Part shown: piece by piece, positions 1 to 11,330 of the stretch
How positions within the stretch are numbered: the first letter of the stretch is position 1
Layout: the number at the start of each line of letters is the position of its first letter
NCBI GenBank assembly: GCA_024235755.1
Contig: JACKLV010000002.1
Coordinates: forward strand, 108,546 to 172,545
DNA from: Burkholderiales bacterium
GTDB lineage: Bacteria > Pseudomonadota > Gammaproteobacteria > Burkholderiales > Nitrosomonadaceae
Direction of reading: 5' to 3'
Length of the DNA stretch: 64,000 nucleotides
Notes under the pieces: generated by a model
The model's input: only the letters and a program-made list of their open reading frames with translations
What the model was told of the DNA's origin: nothing
The model's database searches: none
Position numbers and translations under genes: made by a program

Positions 1-545
1 GCCTTGCCCAGATTCGGTTGTCACAAACAATCAATGCAAGCTTGCGTGACGAATTTGGTAACCGTACAGTTCATGATGTGGTATCCGGCGAACGGGATGT
101 GATTATGGAAATTATGCGCCAGAAAGCTGATATAGACGCACGGACGATCGGTGTGGAAGTGGTTGATGTGCGTTTGAAACGTGTAGATTTACCTCAGGAA
201 GTTAGTGAATCAGTCTATCGCAGAATGGAAGCCGAGCGGAAACGCGTCGCGAATGAACTCCGTTCTACCGGTGCCGCTGAATCAGAAAAGATACGCGCGG
301 ATGCAGACCGGCAGCGAGAAGTTGTATTGGCTGAGGCTTATCGTGATGCTCAAACAACTATGGGTGAAGGTGATCGGGAAGCTGCGGCAATTTATGCAAA
401 TGCATTCAAGGAAGATCCTGAGTTTTATGCATTCTGGCGTAGTATGGATGCCTATAAAAATTCCTTCAAACACAAAAATGATATGCTTGTATTAGAACCC
501 AATTCGGATTTCTTCAAGTATCTCAAAGATCCGGCAAGCAATTAG
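1..545 (+). CDS. hflC: HflC (SPFH/band-7 modulator of FtsH), 5'-truncated by the window edge
   Basis: The reading frame is open to the window edge. The C-terminal SPFH-type sequence is present (VDVRLKRVDLPQEV, AERKRVANELRSTG). It is followed by DUF2065-hisZ-purA, the usual hflKC-purA neighbourhood. Confidence 0.85.
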   Translation, partial: LAQIRLSQTINASLRDEFGNRTVHDVVSGERDVIMEIMRQKADIDARTIGVEVVDVRLKRVDLPQEVSESVYRRMEAERKRVANELRSTGAAESEKIRADADRQREVVLAEAYRDAQTTMGEGDREAAAIYANAFKEDPEFYAFWRSMDAYKNSFKHKNDMLVLEPNSDFFKYLKDPASN

Positions 546-827
546 TTATGAGAGGATAATAAGCTGATATAGGCTATTTTCGTATAATCCTTAGTTAACG
601 AATGGTAACGTAAAATAATTTTGGTTTAGGTGATGATAGTAGTTCCCGTATCAGAATAGCGAAACTGATTATTTGTTTAATTTGTTTGCCTCATATCAGT
701 TTATCCATAAAACAATAGGCGCTCGCTAGAGAAGATATTATAAGCTTCCTTATGCGGCGCTTTTGTTTTTCACGCCGGGTCAATCAAAATAATTTCAAAT
801 ACTGAATTTGGCGAGGAGAAGTGTTAT

Positions 828-1013
828 ATGTTGGAAACTTTTCTAATGGCGTTTGCACTCATGTTGATTCTGGAAGGTTTGTTGCCATTTATATCACCAC
901 GTATCTGGCGTGAAACATTCAAAAAGTTGACTGAGATTCACGATGGTCAGATACGTTTTATCGGACTGACATCAATGCTGATTGGATTGGTACTATTCAT
1001 AATAGTGAGCTGA
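828..1013 (+). CDS. Small membrane protein, DUF2065-like
   Basis: The 61-aa product has two hydrophobic segments (LILEGLLPFISPRIW...GLTSMLIGLVLF). It sits in the conserved position between hflC and hisZ. Confidence 0.7.
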   Translation: MLETFLMAFALMLILEGLLPFISPRIWRETFKKLTEIHDGQIRFIGLTSMLIGLVLFIIVS

Positions 1014-1053
1014 TTGTAACTTCACCATTTGATTTATTTCTATCGTTATAACC

Positions 1054-2205
1054 GTGCGTAATTGGTTACTGCCTGAATATATTGAAGACATCCTGCCTGC
1101 CGAGGCACTGCATATCGAAATAATGCGGCGACGCATTATTGATCTCCTAATGGTTCATGGATATCAGCAGGTTTTTCCGCCTTTACTTGAATATGAAGAG
1201 TCATTATTGACCGGCAGTGGGAGTGATATGAGTCTACAGATGTTCAAAGTGATAGATCAGCTTAGTGGCAGGATGATGGGGTTGCGGGCTGATATGACGC
1301 CTCAAGTGGCGCGAATTGATGCGCATTTGCTGAACTGTGACGGTATCACACGACTATGCTATGCAAATAGCATCTTGCATACTGTGCCAACCAGCCTGAC
1401 ACAAACGCGGGAGCCATTACAAGTGGGCGCGGAACTTTACGGTCATGCAGGTATGGAAAGCGACATTGAGATTCAGCAACTGATGTTGGCTTGTCTGGCA
1501 ATGGCTGGTCTGAATCAAGTACATTTGGATCTCGGACATGTGGCCGTTTTTAGAGGAATTATCTGCAATGCCAATATTTCATCGGAATTGGAAGCGGAGC
1601 TGTTTGCTGTGCTGCAAGCAAAGGATATTTCTACTCTAAAAGAAATTTGTAGAGGGCTTGAGCAGAAAATTAGAGAATCATTGCTTTTGTTACCCGAATT
1701 GTATGGTGGTAAGGAAGTTTTGCATGAGGCAAAGAAGCGGTTACCTGCTAGGCAAGAAATTACCTCGGCATTGGATCAGCTTGAATGGATTAGCGATGAA
1801 TTGCAACCGGTGGTTGAAACTATTGCTTTTGATTTAGCTGATTTGCGTGGTTATCACTATCATACAGGTGTAGTGTTTGCCGCATATGCGCGCAATTGTT
1901 CGAATGCGATCGCGCTGGGTGGGAGGTATGATGAGATTGGCAAGGCATTTGGAAGGTCTAGGCCAGCAACGGGGTTTAGCATGGATTTGCGAGAATTGTC
2001 TAGGCTTGTTGAACAAGCGCCTTATCCAAAAGGAATAAGCGCACCTTATGACAAAAAAAACAAAGAATTGGGCTCGATGATAGCGCAGTTACGTCAAGAA
2101 GGTCATATTGTAATTATGGAATTGCCGGGGCAGCCAGAGACTACGCTGAGCTGTGACAGAAAGCTTGTCAAGCGAAATGGTAAATGGAATGTCGAACGTA
2201 TTTGA
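1054..2205 (+). CDS. hisZ: ATP phosphoribosyltransferase regulatory subunit HisZ (GTG start)
   Basis: The HisRS-like paralog N-terminus is present (WLLPEYIEDILP...FPPLLEYEESLL) with no anticodon-binding extension. The gene lies directly upstream of purA. Confidence 0.85.
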   Translation: MRNWLLPEYIEDILPAEALHIEIMRRRIIDLLMVHGYQQVFPPLLEYEESLLTGSGSDMSLQMFKVIDQLSGRMMGLRADMTPQVARIDAHLLNCDGITRLCYANSILHTVPTSLTQTREPLQVGAELYGHAGMESDIEIQQLMLACLAMAGLNQVHLDLGHVAVFRGIICNANISSELEAELFAVLQAKDISTLKEICRGLEQKIRESLLLLPELYGGKEVLHEAKKRLPARQEITSALDQLEWISDELQPVVETIAFDLADLRGYHYHTGVVFAAYARNCSNAIALGGRYDEIGKAFGRSRPATGFSMDLRELSRLVEQAPYPKGISAPYDKKNKELGSMIAQLRQEGHIVIMELPGQPETTLSCDRKLVKRNGKWNVERI

Positions 2206-2233
2206 TTTGTGAATGATTAAAAGATGTTTTTAG

Positions 2234-3541
<1,308 letters not shown>

Positions 3542-3844
3542 CAAGGACTTGTAAAGATCCCTGCGCCGACTATGTTATTCTTCCGAGCAGCATTTTGACA
3601 AGTCATGCGTGCTTTTGGTTTGAATTGGGAAGGCAACGGTAGAACGCATGAGATTGGTATTGCGACCTCCATCCGATGTATTTCAGGTAAAGTTGTAAAT
3701 AGAGTTCGCAATTATGCAATAGAGAATGTGCATCAAAAGTACTGACAGTTTCAATTGTATTAGGCTACAGTTCGGTTTGTGCATGAATTAAAACAAATTC
3801 ATGTAAGATTTTATTAAAATCTAGAATTGAAAGAGTATATATGC

Positions 3845-4495
3845 ATGAAAAATTTATACCTTACTGATGTGGCAGTAGATACTTGGGTGCAGGGTGGACC
3901 GGTAAAAATGGAAAACTTGCTGGGCTCTGTAGTGCTCATTGAGGTTTTTCAGGTAAATTGTCCAGGTTGTTTTCTATATGCATTACCGAATGCCATCCAG
4001 TTGCATGAAAAATATCGAGATCGTGGTCTAGAAGTCATAGGCTTGGCTACTGCATTTGAGGACTATGATAAAAATACACTCGAGAATCTTCAATTCCTTA
4101 TTAACACGGGGGAAGTGATTGGAGAAACATTTAAGGCACTCAATCAGCGCGGATTGCTGGTTGACCAGTCTAAACTTCCATGGAAGCTCCCTTTTGCAGT
4201 GGGTATGGATCGAATAAAGCCGGATAATGAGCCGGTGACAGAAGAGCGTGTGTTGGCTTATGCGCGCCAGTTGTTGGCACAGTTTGATCAGTTACGAGAG
4301 GATCAGCAACAGGGGATAAAAAGCCAAATACGGACATTTTTTGAACAAAAAATTATGAAAGCTGAAACATTCGAGCGTTTTTCCTTGCAGGGAACGCCTT
4401 CAGCCATCTTGTTCGATCGCGAAGGTGTGCTGCAGGATGTTTCTTTTGGTCAGGCAACACACAAACAATCTGCCATTGAACAGCTACTGGGTTAA
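3845..4495 (+). CDS. Thioredoxin-fold redoxin/TlpA-like protein with a CPGC motif (ATG at 3845; the ORF also opens at TTG 3827)
   Basis: The motif VLIEVFQVNCPGCFLYALP is typical of AhpC/TSA-redoxin folds. No N-terminal signal or anchor is visible. Confidence 0.6.
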   Translation: MKNLYLTDVAVDTWVQGGPVKMENLLGSVVLIEVFQVNCPGCFLYALPNAIQLHEKYRDRGLEVIGLATAFEDYDKNTLENLQFLINTGEVIGETFKALNQRGLLVDQSKLPWKLPFAVGMDRIKPDNEPVTEERVLAYARQLLAQFDQLREDQQQGIKSQIRTFFEQKIMKAETFERFSLQGTPSAILFDREGVLQDVSFGQATHKQSAIEQLLG

Positions 4496-4506
4496 GCTTA
4501 AACTCG

Positions 4507-5214
4507 ATGAATCAAAAAGTTAACAATTTTTTTGATACATGGATAGTATATGATCAGATACTTGATCATAATTATATGTTTCATAATGAATTGTTCTTAG
4601 ATTTTCAGAATTATCTAAAATATTATTTCAAGAATGAAGCAATTACCATTCTAGACTTGGGTTGTGGAAGTGCTCGTCACATAGCATCCGCACTGGCACA
4701 ATTTCCGGTCAAAAATTATGTTGGATATGACTTGTTGTCTGAAACGGCGCTGAATCACGCGAGAAATAACCTGGTTGCACTGCAATGTTCGTTTGAATTG
4801 ATTCAGGCTGATTTGCTTTCCGGACTGAAAGAACGGAACTCTGCATACGATATTGTTTTTTCTGGATTCGCATGTCACCATCTAAATGAAACAGAAAAAA
4901 ATCAGTTTTTCCAAATGGCCTATCGGTGTCTCAAAGCTAAAGGAGTGCTGGTTCTAATTGATGTGGTGCGCGCAGAGAATGAAAGCTTGCATGTTTATTT
5001 GGAACGATACTGCAATTGGTTACGTTCAAATTGGCGGGCAATATCCAAAGAAGCTTTAGAGATGGCATGCGAGCATATTATTGGAAATGATTTTCCTGAT
5101 CAAATCAGTGATTTATTCGAAAAAGCATCGGCAGTGGGCTTTCAAACAAGTAGCCAAGTCAGTAACTATTGCCAGCATGCGATGTTGAGTTTTGAAAAAA
5201 CGATGATTCAATAA
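4507..5214 (+). CDS. Class I SAM-dependent methyltransferase
   Basis: SAM motif I (ILDLGCGSARH), an acidic post-I residue (GYDL) and motif II-like IVFSGFACHHL are present. The gap after the redoxin gene is 11 nt. Confidence 0.7.
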   Translation: MNQKVNNFFDTWIVYDQILDHNYMFHNELFLDFQNYLKYYFKNEAITILDLGCGSARHIASALAQFPVKNYVGYDLLSETALNHARNNLVALQCSFELIQADLLSGLKERNSAYDIVFSGFACHHLNETEKNQFFQMAYRCLKAKGVLVLIDVVRAENESLHVYLERYCNWLRSNWRAISKEALEMACEHIIGNDFPDQISDLFEKASAVGFQTSSQVSNYCQHAMLSFEKTMIQ

Positions 5215-5276
5215 ACTCGTGTGTTGTTTGGTAAGTCGTTTGTGCGTGTTGGGTCTGTTCGTCAATTGAAATAAAA

Positions 5277-5455
5277 GGGGCTCCCCGCATATGCCGCCAG
5301 GCCATCATCTTGAACCTAATGGTTCAAGGTGGTCGTCTCCCGGGTACATCAGGCAAGCCCGTACGGGCTCGCACACCTGCACCACTTTAGTTAACAACCA
5401 AGTTTGATAATTGGTTCAAAGAATTTCAGCCTTAACGTACACAGCAGGGAGCTAT
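5277..5455 (-). ncRNA. ssrS: 6S RNA
   Basis: The minus-strand 3' half reads CACCUUGAACCAUUAGGUUCAAGAUGAUGGCCUGGCGGCAUAUGCGGGGAGC. This closely parallels the E. coli 6S 3' arm (CACCUUGAACCAAGGGUUCAAGGGUUACAGCCUGCGGCGGCAUCUCGGAGA). The 5' GCUCCCUGC pairs with the 3' GCGGGGAGC as a closing stem. It lies immediately downstream of zapA, which is the conserved synteny. The ends are approximate, within about 5 nt. Confidence 0.8.
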
Positions 5456-5520
5456 TTTTAAAAATAGTGCGATACCAGTCCGATCGCTATTATTTACGCT
5501 AAATATCAGTTGGTTGAAAA

Positions 5521-5817
5521 TTATTTCTTGACCAATACATCATTAATCTTTTTCCGAATGCCCGCTATTCTACGCTTTATCTCATCAATGTCAAAGCCGC
5601 TTGATTGACGTAAAATCAGCAATTCATGCGCTATATTGAGTGCTGCAGCAATAACTATACGATCAGAATCAATTATTTTTCCTTCCTTCCTGATTTTCTG
5701 GATTTTGTCTTCCAAAAGTTCTGCAGCCAATAAAAGTTCTGTGCGTTCCTGCTCAGAGCAACTGATATTGAACTCACGTCCCATGATTTTGACTTTTAAA
5801 ATATCTTCATTATTCAT
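5521..5817 (-). CDS. zapA: Cell division protein ZapA
   Basis: The product is about 98 aa from MNNEDILKVKIMGREFNISC, with a coiled-coil C-terminus. ssrS lies downstream and a small coiled-coil gene lies upstream. The longer ORF start at 5862 overlaps the upstream gene and is unlikely. Confidence 0.8.
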   Translation of the reverse strand: MNNEDILKVKIMGREFNISCSEQERTELLLAAELLEDKIQKIRKEGKIIDSDRIVIAAALNIAHELLILRQSSGFDIDEIKRRIAGIRKKINDVLVKK

Positions 5818-6007
5818 GGTCGGGTAGATGCTGTAAAAGGGTTTCCAGGCGGTTGCTGGCAATATGAATTTTTTCGGTCAGTCTCTCGTTTTTGGCGCTT
5901 GTTTCTGCAAGTTGTTGGCGTAGCTTTGTATTTTCTAAACAGGTATCCTGGTATAGGCGTATAAGCCGGTCGATTTCTTCCGCTAGAAATTTGAGTTCTG
6001 AATCCAT
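5810..6007 (-). CDS. Small coiled-coil protein of the ZapB-like/TIGR02449-type that precedes zapA
   Basis: The 65-aa product is a heptad-rich helix (LENTKLRQQLAETSAKNERLTEKI). It overlaps the zapA start by 8 nt. Confidence 0.55.
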   Translation of the reverse strand: MDSELKFLAEEIDRLIRLYQDTCLENTKLRQQLAETSAKNERLTEKIHIASNRLETLLQHLPDHE

Positions 6008-6087
6008 GAATATCCAAGGAAGTCCTAGAAGCGATGTTCAGACAAAACTATTCAGCAATTAACTCTGGTTTTAGTCTATCACACCTG

Positions 6088-6327
6088 CTATAACTTGTTG
6101 TGTGTGCCATCACAGAATGGCGCATTCCCTGTTTTCTTGCATGTGCACAACCATGCAGATTTGTTTTCATTTACGGAGAGTGCTTTGGGTGTAAAGGCCG
6201 TATTTTTATGTGATCCGTCGCAAAATGGCTGAGACTGACTGCGACCACAGGTGCACCAGTAGTATTGTTTGCCGGCTTCCAGTTGTACTTCGATCGGCGA
6301 AAAAGTTTTTTTGCTGTCTTGGCTCAT
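6088..6327 (-). CDS. CDGSH iron-sulfur domain protein with two CDGSH motifs
   Basis: Two motifs are present, CTCGRSQSQPFCDGSHK and CTCKKTGNAPFCDGTHN, in a 79-aa product. Confidence 0.85.
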   Translation of the reverse strand: MSQDSKKTFSPIEVQLEAGKQYYWCTCGRSQSQPFCDGSHKNTAFTPKALSVNENKSAWLCTCKKTGNAPFCDGTHNKL

Positions 6328-6397
6328 AAGCTTTCTCCGGTTTTGATTGAGAAGGTATCTATTATTTCAGTGAAGGAAATAATGCATTGAATAATAA

Positions 6398-7609
6398 TTA
6401 ATTGAATAAACGTAATGCATGCGGGCTGCCTGCAACGATATTATTTTCTTCCATTGATGATTGAATGTTGATGAGTTGCTGTTTACTCCTAGCAAGTCCA
6501 TTCTCACTGAGTGGGACACGGTTATCATCGACCATAATGCCGCCCAGTGTATTGGCAAAAATTTTTGCCAGATGGGTCATCTGGTCAAAAACCCTTTCCC
6601 CATTGGCAACTCGTGGCACATCCAATAAGAAAGTAACGCCATGTGTCGTGATTGTTTTCATTTTGTCTAGTTTGAATGCATCCGGCTCATAATTGGTCAG
6701 AGTAAATAAAACATGATTGTTCTCATCACGATATTTAAAGATGCCATCTGAATCGAGTTTGAAACCCGAGGCCTCGGCCAACGCTCTGATTTTAGTGCCT
6801 ACAAAAGCGCCGTTATCTCTACTGATAATGTTGATGCCGATCATAACATCGACATCGGCGCAAAATTTATCGAGTAAAATAGCTTGTTCATGTGCTTGTA
6901 CAATGTCTGGGCATTCAGCTTTCGCATTGATGTGTGAAGCGAAATCCTGCACCGTGTCCCGAAACTTCGATAAATCAATTTCTCGGATTGGCCCTGATCT
7001 ATCCGCCAGTAGCAGACTGCCCTTCAAATGGGTAAAACCTGGGTTTCCAGTTGTTGTGGCGGTTGTAATTTCTTCCCATTCACCTGATTTTTCTTTTTTC
7101 CCAAACCAAAGCAATGGCTTACTGAATTCATACCGTCTGTGTAACAGAGTATGTAGCTCCGTGTCGGGAATTATGTCATCAGCAGATATAATGACGATAT
7201 AGTTTGACCGGTTGTCATAAACATCCACATCTGTTGAAGTAATTGCTTCAGTCATTGCCGGTGTTTCGGCGACTGAATCACTCTCAGGTAAATCGTTTGT
7301 TTCACGAACATTGCTTGGTTCGGTAGATGAAGCGTGTTGGGATCTATTGTTTACAAAAAAGCTTTGATCGAGTTCTGGTTCTATTCTTTTGTGCGTTTCG
7401 GGCAGTCTCTGGGAATCATTTTTTTTAAACAGGGCATCGTCATGTTGATGATCTAGAGTGGATTCAATTTTGCGCCGATAACGTAGCTGTTGTATCCAGT
7501 TAAAAATAGCTACGCCAATAATAATAACAATGCCAATAATGATCAAACTGGCCTGTAAATCGCTCATGTTCAATAAATCCATAACTATTTCCTTACCATC
7601 TCGTTTCAA
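6398..7609 (-). CDS. zipA: Cell division protein ZipA (start uncertain; ATGs at 7609, 7582 and 7567)
   Basis: It has an N-terminal TM helix (LIIIGIVIIIGVAIFNWI), a charged region, an S/T/E/P-rich linker and a globular C-terminal domain. It lies directly downstream of smc. Confidence 0.7.
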   Translation of the reverse strand: MKRDGKEIVMDLLNMSDLQASLIIIGIVIIIGVAIFNWIQQLRYRRKIESTLDHQHDDALFKKNDSQRLPETHKRIEPELDQSFFVNNRSQHASSTEPSNVRETNDLPESDSVAETPAMTEAITSTDVDVYDNRSNYIVIISADDIIPDTELHTLLHRRYEFSKPLLWFGKKEKSGEWEEITTATTTGNPGFTHLKGSLLLADRSGPIREIDLSKFRDTVQDFASHINAKAECPDIVQAHEQAILLDKFCADVDVMIGINIISRDNGAFVGTKIRALAEASGFKLDSDGIFKYRDENNHVLFTLTNYEPDAFKLDKMKTITTHGVTFLLDVPRVANGERVFDQMTHLAKIFANTLGGIMVDDNRVPLSENGLARSKQQLINIQSSMEENNIVAGSPHALRLFN

Positions 7610-7663
7610 GAATACTTCTGAAAAGGCAGTTTTACGCGAAGCTGCCGGATGAGATTTTTACTG

Positions 7664-10600
7664 CTAGGATAGTGCAGTTTCCTCTTTTCTGTCCGGATTT
7701 ACAGCATTTGCAATATCGACAGTAACAACGCTGGAGATACCTTGATCCTGCATTGTAATACCAATTAACTGCTGCGCAATTTCCATTGTTATTTTATTAT
7801 GACTGATAAACAAAAATTGTGTTTGTTGTGATAGTTTTTTTACTAATTCACAAAAACGCCCTGTATTTGTGTCATCGAGTGGCGCATCAACTTCATCCAG
7901 CAGGCAAAAAGGTGCGGGCCGTAGCCGGAACAGCGCAAAAATAAGTGCCAAAGCAGTTAGTGCTTTTTCGCCACCCGACATCAGATGCAAAGAATTGTTC
8001 TTTTTTCCGGGTGGTTGCGCTGTTAGCTGCAACCCTGATTCAAGTATTGTGCCTTCACAAAGCACGAGTTCAGCTTTTCCACCTGAGAATATCACCGGGA
8101 AAATTTCATTCAAGTTATGGTTTACTGCATGAAAAGTTTCTTGCAGCCGCTTTTTGGTTTCTTTGTCGATTTGTTTGATAGCATTTTCCAGGATACTCAT
8201 GGCGTCTATAAGATCCTGTATTTGAATGTTTAGTGCTTCGTTCCGTTGACGGGCAGCTTCGAGTTCTTTAATTGCAGCCAGATTAACCGTACCAATCGCT
8301 GCAAGGCGCTTGTTAATACGATCAATTTCAGCTTGCAAAGCAGCTACATTTTTCTGATTCACGAATTCCATTAGTTTCGCTTCTACAGCTTGTGTTTCGC
8401 TGAGTTGTTCGGTATACCGTTCTTCCAGGAGATTGTATTCCTGCTTTTTTAAGAACAGCCGGTTCAACGATTCACGGATAGTCGTTTGGTTTTGTTCCGA
8501 GGCCATCAACTGGTTTTCAGCCGTTCGCACCGCATTTCTTGCCTCGTCAAGTTTGCCGCGTATTTCCGTAACACTTTGTTCCAGTTGTTTGCTTAGAGTC
8601 CTATAATCATTTAATTGGTTTTTTAAAGACGTATCATCCTGTTTGTTTTTTTCTGATGATATCTGTTCGCGTTTGGTGAATAGGTTTGTACCTTCTTCAT
8701 TGAGTATTTTAATAGAATTTTCTATATCACTGATTTTATTCTGACATATCTTTTCATCAAAAGTCGTTTCTTGAATTTTTCTGTGATGAGATTGTAGTTT
8801 CAACTGCCGGTCAGCAAGTTGCTGTCGGGCAGTTGCTAATTCATTTTTCGCCGTTTCAACATGTTCCTTAATGGCTTCAATTTGATTGTGGTAACTTGTT
8901 GATTGCGCCTCAGCATTCGTCTTTTGTTTGTTTTCTATAGTCAGTTCCTGTTCAATCTCATTTAATTCCGCCATGATCGTACTTTTGCGCTGCTTAACCT
9001 GTTCTTGAATTTGAGAAAGCTTCAATTTCTCAAGCTGTAAATGGTGTTGTTGTTGCGTCAGTTGCTGCAGGTTCGCCTGGTTAGACTGAATAGTCTGTTG
9101 CAGTGCTTCATGGCTGGCAACAATTTGTTTGAGTAGTGACTGTTGATCATTCAGTTGTTTTTCAAACGATATTATTTCCGTTCGAATTTGGTCAAGTTCG
9201 CGCTGACGAGACAGTACGCCATGCAACTGGGACTCTGGAGAATGGAAGTAAATACTGCTTCGAGTAATAATATGTCCCTCGCGCGTTACGAATTTTTCAT
9301 CGGGTTTTAATTGATGTCTTTGCCGTATAGCGTCATGGAGATGTTCAATGACATATGCATGTCTGAGCCACTCGTCAAACACAAATGTGAGGTTTTGATT
9401 GCTACATGACAGAAAGCTGGATAATGTTCTCCAGTTGTCATGTTTGACCGGGGGGTCTTGATGATTGGTATAGGCCTGGTCATCGGGTTGCTGAAACTCG
9501 AATATAGATAGCTTGCCAGGGGGTAAATCATTCTCCCAGTCTTGTACGATTTCGAGCTGTGAGAATCCCAAGCTATTCAGGCGTTCATGTAATACGGATT
9601 CAAGTGCATTTTCCCATTCCTTTTCAATGTGCACGCAGTGCCATAAACGTGGTGAAGTTGTTAACGCATGTTGGTGTAACCAGTGTTTAAGAGCATCGTT
9701 ATTCTCAATTTTTTTCTGTAAATTGTACAGGGCATTAAATTGCGCTTGTAAATGTGAAATTTTCTTCTGTATTTGATGCACTCGTGAAGCAATCTTGTCT
9801 CTGCGTTCACTTTCAGCAGAGTAATCTGTCTCCGCTTGAGCAAGATTTTTTTCTATCTGGCTTAATTGATTGCGTACCTGCTCTGAGTTTAGTTCAATGT
9901 TTTTAAGCGTCTCACAGTCAGGAGCTGTCAGTGAATCGGATTCTCGGTGCAGACGGTTTTTACGCGATTCAAGCTGCTGGATCAGCTTGTTTGCATGCTG
10001 GATGTGCGTTTTTTCCAGACTGTAAGTTCTTTCAGTGTTGATCAGGTTATGTTGCAATGCATCGAAGGTTTTTTGACATTGATTGAAAGTTGTTTCAGCT
10101 TCCGGAAGCTTGTCATTCTCCACTTGCCAGTTATGCGTGTATTCTTCACGCGCCTTTTGTGCACGGCTACTTTCCGCGAGCCAGTGCTGCAGGTTGTCTT
10201 TTGCAGTGTCAATTTGCTGTTGATTCCGGGTAATCTGCTTTTCAATATCCAGTATCTGAGCTGAAAGTCGCTCTTTGTGTTTATGAAATTGTGTGATCTC
10301 CTGCTCGACACGAGCCTTATCCGCGTTGGCTGCGTATAATTTGCCTTGCTGTTCATGCAGCTGCTCACTAAGTTGCTGTTCGCTCGTACGTGCTTCTTCC
10401 CTTTGCTCCTTACTGAACTGGGAAATGACAATTTCTGACGCTAGAGTTTGCTCGATTGCTTTGATTTCTGTTTCTATGGCCTGGCGCTTGTCAATAATCT
10501 CAATTTTATGCTGCAACCAAAGTAATTGTTGCGTTTCTTGCAGTTTTTGCGTGAGTGAATTGTATTTGGCAGCGATTTGCGCCTGACCTTCAAGGTGATC

Positions 10601-11215
10601 AATCTGTTTGGTAAGTTCGCTAGAAATATCTTCAAGACGAAGCAAGTTCTTGCGGGTATCGGTCAGTCTTGACTCTGTTTCGTGTCTTCTTTCACGGTAT
10701 TTGGAAATGCCAGCTGCTTCTTCAAGGAAATACTTTAGTTCCTGCGGTTTGGCATCAATAATACGTGAAATCATACCTTGTTCGATGATGGCATAACCTC
10801 GGCCCCCGATGCCAGTACCCAGGAAGAGATCGGCTATATCGCGGCGCCTGACATGAATGTTGTTAATGTAGTAATTTGAATTGCCATCCCGCTGAATAAT
10901 GCGTTTTGTGGCTATTTCCGTATAACTTGACCAAGCGCCATTTGCTTTGCCCAGACTGTTATCAAATACCAGTTCAACGCTGGCGCGGCCGACTGGCTTA
11001 CGATGAGCAGTGCCGCCAAAAATGACGTCCTGCATGGTTTCACCACGTAAGGCTGAAGCTTTAGACTCACCCAATACCCAGCGTACGGCATCAATAATGT
11101 TAGATTTGCCGCATCCATTGGGGCCCACAATTCCTATCAGATCATTGTTGACTGGAATAACAGTCGGTTCAACAAATGATTTGAAGCCGGCAAGTTTGAT
11201 TTTAGCGAGGCGCAA
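7664..11215 (-). CDS. smc: Chromosome segregation protein SMC (TTG start)
   Basis: The 1183-aa product has an N-terminal Walker A (GPNGCGKSN), long coiled coils and a hinge. The C-terminus carries the signature LSGGEKALTALAL and Walker B CLLDEVDAPLD. Confidence 0.95.
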   Translation of the reverse strand: MRLAKIKLAGFKSFVEPTVIPVNNDLIGIVGPNGCGKSNIIDAVRWVLGESKASALRGETMQDVIFGGTAHRKPVGRASVELVFDNSLGKANGAWSSYTEIATKRIIQRDGNSNYYINNIHVRRRDIADLFLGTGIGGRGYAIIEQGMISRIIDAKPQELKYFLEEAAGISKYRERRHETESRLTDTRKNLLRLEDISSELTKQIDHLEGQAQIAAKYNSLTQKLQETQQLLWLQHKIEIIDKRQAIETEIKAIEQTLASEIVISQFSKEQREEARTSEQQLSEQLHEQQGKLYAANADKARVEQEITQFHKHKERLSAQILDIEKQITRNQQQIDTAKDNLQHWLAESSRAQKAREEYTHNWQVENDKLPEAETTFNQCQKTFDALQHNLINTERTYSLEKTHIQHANKLIQQLESRKNRLHRESDSLTAPDCETLKNIELNSEQVRNQLSQIEKNLAQAETDYSAESERRDKIASRVHQIQKKISHLQAQFNALYNLQKKIENNDALKHWLHQHALTTSPRLWHCVHIEKEWENALESVLHERLNSLGFSQLEIVQDWENDLPPGKLSIFEFQQPDDQAYTNHQDPPVKHDNWRTLSSFLSCSNQNLTFVFDEWLRHAYVIEHLHDAIRQRHQLKPDEKFVTREGHIITRSSIYFHSPESQLHGVLSRQRELDQIRTEIISFEKQLNDQQSLLKQIVASHEALQQTIQSNQANLQQLTQQQHHLQLEKLKLSQIQEQVKQRKSTIMAELNEIEQELTIENKQKTNAEAQSTSYHNQIEAIKEHVETAKNELATARQQLADRQLKLQSHHRKIQETTFDEKICQNKISDIENSIKILNEEGTNLFTKREQISSEKNKQDDTSLKNQLNDYRTLSKQLEQSVTEIRGKLDEARNAVRTAENQLMASEQNQTTIRESLNRLFLKKQEYNLLEERYTEQLSETQAVEAKLMEFVNQKNVAALQAEIDRINKRLAAIGTVNLAAIKELEAARQRNEALNIQIQDLIDAMSILENAIKQIDKETKKRLQETFHAVNHNLNEIFPVIFSGGKAELVLCEGTILESGLQLTAQPPGKKNNSLHLMSGGEKALTALALIFALFRLRPAPFCLLDEVDAPLDDTNTGRFCELVKKLSQQTQFLFISHNKITMEIAQQLIGITMQDQGISSVVTVDIANAVNPDRKEETALS

Positions 11216-11330
11216 TTTCTAATGAGCTGGATACGGTTATAATAGAATGAAGATGTGGATTATATTCAATAACTGCATATAGCAGTATTCGTTTATTGTA
11301 ACTGAATTAACTCTAGGAAGAGAATGCTGA

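Noticed and set aside
6717-7202. A 161-aa ORF antisense to zipA.
   Set aside because: It is a shadow ORF with Ser/Cys-rich composition, while the zipA architecture on the other strand is coherent. I reached the same judgement for the antisense ORFs at 18390-18845 (lepB), 15092-15538 and 15662-16072 (degP region), 31831-32265 (dnaX) and 10042-10431 (smc).
7483-7491. GCCGATAA, a sigma28 -10-like motif.
   Set aside because: It lies inside the zipA coding region on the opposite strand, with no TAAA -35 element at the right spacing. This is a chance match.
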